Assembly (NCBI GenBank): GCA_963793305.1
Contig: CAWBZV010000005.1
Coordinates: 256,001 to 320,000, forward strand
DNA: 64,000 nt
Direction: 5' to 3'
Source of the DNA: an uncultured Gemmatimonadales bacterium
Lineage (GTDB): Bacteria > Gemmatimonadota > Gemmatimonadetes > Gemmatimonadales > Gemmatimonadaceae
A model generated the notes under the pieces. The model saw nothing but the letters and a program-made list of their open reading frames with translations. It searched no databases and was not told where the DNA came from. Numbering within the stretch: the first letter of the stretch is position 1; each line of letters begins with the position of its first letter. The translations under genes and the position numbers were made by a program. Below, piece by piece: positions 62,814 through 64,000 of the stretch.

Positions 62814-63079
62814 TCGAGCCGGCTCCCGTCGTGGGCGTGATCGGGATCGTTATACGGCGCCTCCGAAAGCGCGCGGGTATATCGCAAGAACGCCTCGCTG
62901 CCGAGTCCGGAATCGACCGGAGTTACGTCGGGCGGGTCGAGCGGCACGGGGCGAGCGTCGGCATCGCGACCATGGACGCGTTACTCACCACGATCCGCGT
63001 ATCGTGGGCCGAGTTCGGCGCCGTCCTCGACGCCGAGCTAGCCTGTGCCGCGCGCGACAAAGACCGGGGGACGCGATGA
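62810..63079 (+). CDS. XRE-family HTH regulator (copy 1)
   Basis: IRRLRKRAGISQERLAAESGIDRSYVGRVER. Confidence 0.88.
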   Translation: MIEPAPVVGVIGIVIRRLRKRAGISQERLAAESGIDRSYVGRVERHGASVGIATMDALLTTIRVSWAEFGAVLDAELACAARDKDRGTR

Positions 63080-63354
63080 TCCGGCGCTACACGGCCGAGA
63101 CATCCGTGATGGTCGCGGAGATTCTAAAGCGCCATCGTCGCCGGATGAATGTCTCGCAAGAGCGCTTGGCGCACATGGCCGACGTTGACCGCACGTATGT
63201 GGGCAAGGTCGAACGTGGCATCTTGAATCCAACACTTGCTAGGTTCGACCGGTTGTTGGGTGCAATGGGCGTCACGTGGAAGGACTTCGGCGAAAGCCTC
63301 GATACGGAACTGGCCAAGCAGTTGGCAGGGTCGCCGCCGCACCCGCGCTCCTAG
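63076..63354 (+). CDS. XRE-family HTH regulator (copy 2)
   Basis: RRRMNVSQERLAHMADVDRTYVGKVERGILNPTL. Confidence 0.88.
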   Translation: MIRRYTAETSVMVAEILKRHRRRMNVSQERLAHMADVDRTYVGKVERGILNPTLARFDRLLGAMGVTWKDFGESLDTELAKQLAGSPPHPRS

Positions 63355-63480
63355 CCGCTTTATGCGCCCACCCAGGGGCGGCCGCGCGCCAGCTACGCGG
63401 CGGCCCATTGAACATCGGCGTTATGGATGTTATTCGTCCAGTGGTTCCATAAACCACTAACCACAAACCCACGAGGTGAA

Positions 63481-63777
63481 ATGGCGTACTGGCAACCGCA
63501 GAACGGCGTGTTCAAGGATAGAGCGGGGAACTACCACATCCGCCTGTACGCGCGCGACAAGTGGGGGATCGAGTGGCGTGCGGAGGTTCCGCTTCAAGGA
63601 CGTGTGCCGGCTGCGGTGGCCGCCCGAGTGCTAGGGGTCAGTCCACAGACGATCAGCAACTGGATCGCGTCCGGAGGTTTTTCGACGGCGGCCCGAATTG
63701 TAGGGAACGCGCGCACCGTAGCGGTGCGGGACATTGTCGCTCTAGCTGTCAAAAATGGGTGGGTACAGCCCGAGTAG
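63481..63777 (+). CDS. Excisionase/MerR-like HTH DNA-binding protein
   Basis: SD GAGGTG; AARVLGVSPQTISNWIASG. Confidence 0.7.
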   Translation: MAYWQPQNGVFKDRAGNYHIRLYARDKWGIEWRAEVPLQGRVPAAVAARVLGVSPQTISNWIASGGFSTAARIVGNARTVAVRDIVALAVKNGWVQPE

Positions 63778-63809
63778 AGATCGTTTGCAAACCACTTAGG
63801 GAGGAGAAC

Positions 63810-63962
63810 ATGTCGCCGACAAAACGGGAATTAGAGGACCGGGTCGATGAATTGGAGTCGCTTGTAGAGGATCTCACGGAGCGCGGGCGCCAGGCCCTCG
63901 GCTACGATAACGCCGAGGATGCAAGCGAATCCGATCAGGATTCGTCCGAGGACGACGAGTGA
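63810..63962 (+). CDS. Small acidic coiled-coil protein
   Basis: SD GGAGGAG; TKRELEDRVDELESLVEDL heptads; acidic tail. Confidence 0.6.
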   Translation: MSPTKRELEDRVDELESLVEDLTERGRQALGYDNAEDASESDQDSSEDDE

Positions 63963-64000
63963 ACGGCACGAAACGCAGACCGCCCGCACGATCGGACTAG

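Larger units (their letters stand above)
60397..64000. mobile_element. tRNA-Leu-integrated rolling-circle-replicating element (prophage or integrative plasmid), right-truncated
   Basis: Starts at the tRNA fragment; HUH Rep, RHH-like, 2x XRE and Xis-like HTH plus small orphan ORFs; no housekeeping genes. Confidence 0.8.

Overview
GC-rich (visually about two-thirds G+C), very compact chromosomal segment from a diderm bacterium. Gene content and style suggest Gemmatimonadota, but this is inference. Positions 1-60.3 kb are mostly housekeeping genes: moeA/mobA/dacB/queD, gpmI, an L,D-transpeptidase cluster, guaB, Mrp/NifU, an ECF sigma operon, menaquinone genes, mutM, purD, glmM-glmS, LPS-core genes, trpE, lspA and tig-clpP-clpX-lon-engB. 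Eleven genes are broken by apparent single extra bases, most likely sequencing insertion errors. The most notable feature begins at ~60.35 kb: an orphan 3' half of tRNA-Leu(TAG), typical of an att junction, marks the edge of an integrated element. The element encodes a rolling-circle HUH Rep of the Rep_1/pC194 type with a candidate nick site, a 12-bp repeat tract, an RHH-like regulator, two tandem XRE proteins and an excisionase-like HTH, and it continues past the window edge. Other observations: a 10 x 23-bp tandem array upstream of clpP, an in-frame repeat insertion in glmM, a Rex/CRP-type palindrome inside a long hairpin before clpX, a catalytically dead L,D-transpeptidase paralogue next to an active one, recurrent CTG/ATA start codons and leaderless-type promoters.
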